DNA of 64,000 nucleotides from Felixounavirus LF110P1: sequence record OZ035744.1; one strand, 5' to 3'. Shown piece by piece: positions 63,583 to 64,000 of this stretch (position 1 is its first letter; each line of letters starts with the position of its first letter). The notes under the pieces were generated by a model. It saw only the letters and a program-made list of their open reading frames with translations, ran no database searches and was not told where the DNA came from. The position numbers and the translations under genes were made by a program.

Positions 63583-63625
63583 CCAAGTTATTTTACTCTC
63601 TCTCAATTAAAATAATAATAATGCC

Positions 63626-63690
63626 CTGCTATAAGTATTCTTCCTTTCGCTACCGAAGAGTATTTTTAGACAGGGCTTTTTTACAGAGTT
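63626..63690 (+). terminator. long imperfect hairpin then T-run (terminator after tRNA cluster)
   Basis: GCCCTGCTATAAGTATTCTTC...GAAGAGTATTTTTAGACAGGGC then TTTTTT. Confidence 0.5.
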
Positions 63691-63807
63691 ATACTTTATA
63701 GGAAGACTTATACAGTATGTCTCTGACGTACATTGTGGTTTCTCCTTGACGGTCTCTGTGCCGTCTTTTTTAAGGGGAAACATGGTTAATTATTTGGAGA
63801 AAACATA

Positions 63808-64000
63808 ATGAGTGAGACCGTTTACAAAGAACTTTATGAAGCTAATAAAAAGCTAGAATTTATGCAGAACACTATCATGGCAATTGCAGATAGATTATCT
63901 GTAGCAACAGGTATTGATATTAAAGAAGCATCTATGGATGCACTTCTTGATGCTGTTGATGAAAAGTTCGAAGTTAAAAAAGAAGAGACTGCTACAGACT
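63808..64000 (+). CDS. hypothetical protein, 5' part (continues beyond window)
   Basis: ATG after GGAGAAAACATA RBS; frame open to end of window. Confidence 0.4.
   Translation, partial: MSETVYKELYEANKKLEFMQNTIMAIADRLSVATGIDIKEASMDALLDAVDEKFEVKKEETATD

Noticed and set aside
57990-63600. tRNA cluster as a prophage or genomic-island integration site
   Set aside because: No integrase, recombinase or direct repeats flank it; tRNAs are interspersed with phage promoters and phage ORFs, so this is a phage-encoded tRNA array.
58241-63701. Track ORFs overlapping tRNA genes (58241-58483, 58782-59039, 59892-60137, 60917-61156, 61398-61643, 63231-63506, 63474-63701)
   Set aside because: Each spans one or more clear tRNA cloverleafs or structured spacers; the conserved tRNA stems create spurious open frames.

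Overview
This window reads as a gene-dense segment of a large, AT-rich (roughly 37-38% GC by eye) virulent dsDNA phage genome; no integrase or host flanks are visible. All calls are from reading the sequence and the ORF track, with no database search. Layout: (1) 1-10.9 kb, the 3' end of a His-rich tail-fibre gene followed by a minus-strand block with thymidylate synthase, dihydrofolate reductase, ATP-dependent DNA ligase, an HNH-AP2 endonuclease and a family A DNA polymerase; (2) 11-36 kb, a plus-strand replication and nucleotide-metabolism block: dNMP kinase, gp4-like primase-helicase, SSB-like protein, FEN-like exonuclease, NrdA/NrdB/glutaredoxin, NrdD/NrdG, a PRPP-synthetase-like plus NAMPT-like pair, and rIIA/rIIB homologues; (3) 36-40.6 kb, a secreted SLT-like protein, an overlapping spanin-like pair and a macro-domain protein; (4) 40.6-46.7 kb, an array of about 14 small genes separated by two families of conserved intergenic modules, one gene resembling a diphtheria-toxin-type ADP-ribosyltransferase; (5) 46.7-48.3 kb, a 1.6 kb ORF-free tract of phased degenerate 8-mers; (6) 48.3-55.6 kb, a minus-strand block with a GH24 lysozyme and Ig-like-domain proteins; (7) 55.9-57.8 kb, a vWA-domain protein with Ro60-like architecture; (8) 58.0-63.6 kb, a cluster of about 26 tRNA genes with embedded small ORFs, repeats and structured elements. 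The most interesting candidates are the modular small-gene array with its ART-like toxin, the NAD+/ADP-ribose theme (ART, macro domain, candidate NAD+ reconstitution pair), the Ro60-like protein beside a possible structured RNA, and the phased repeat tract.
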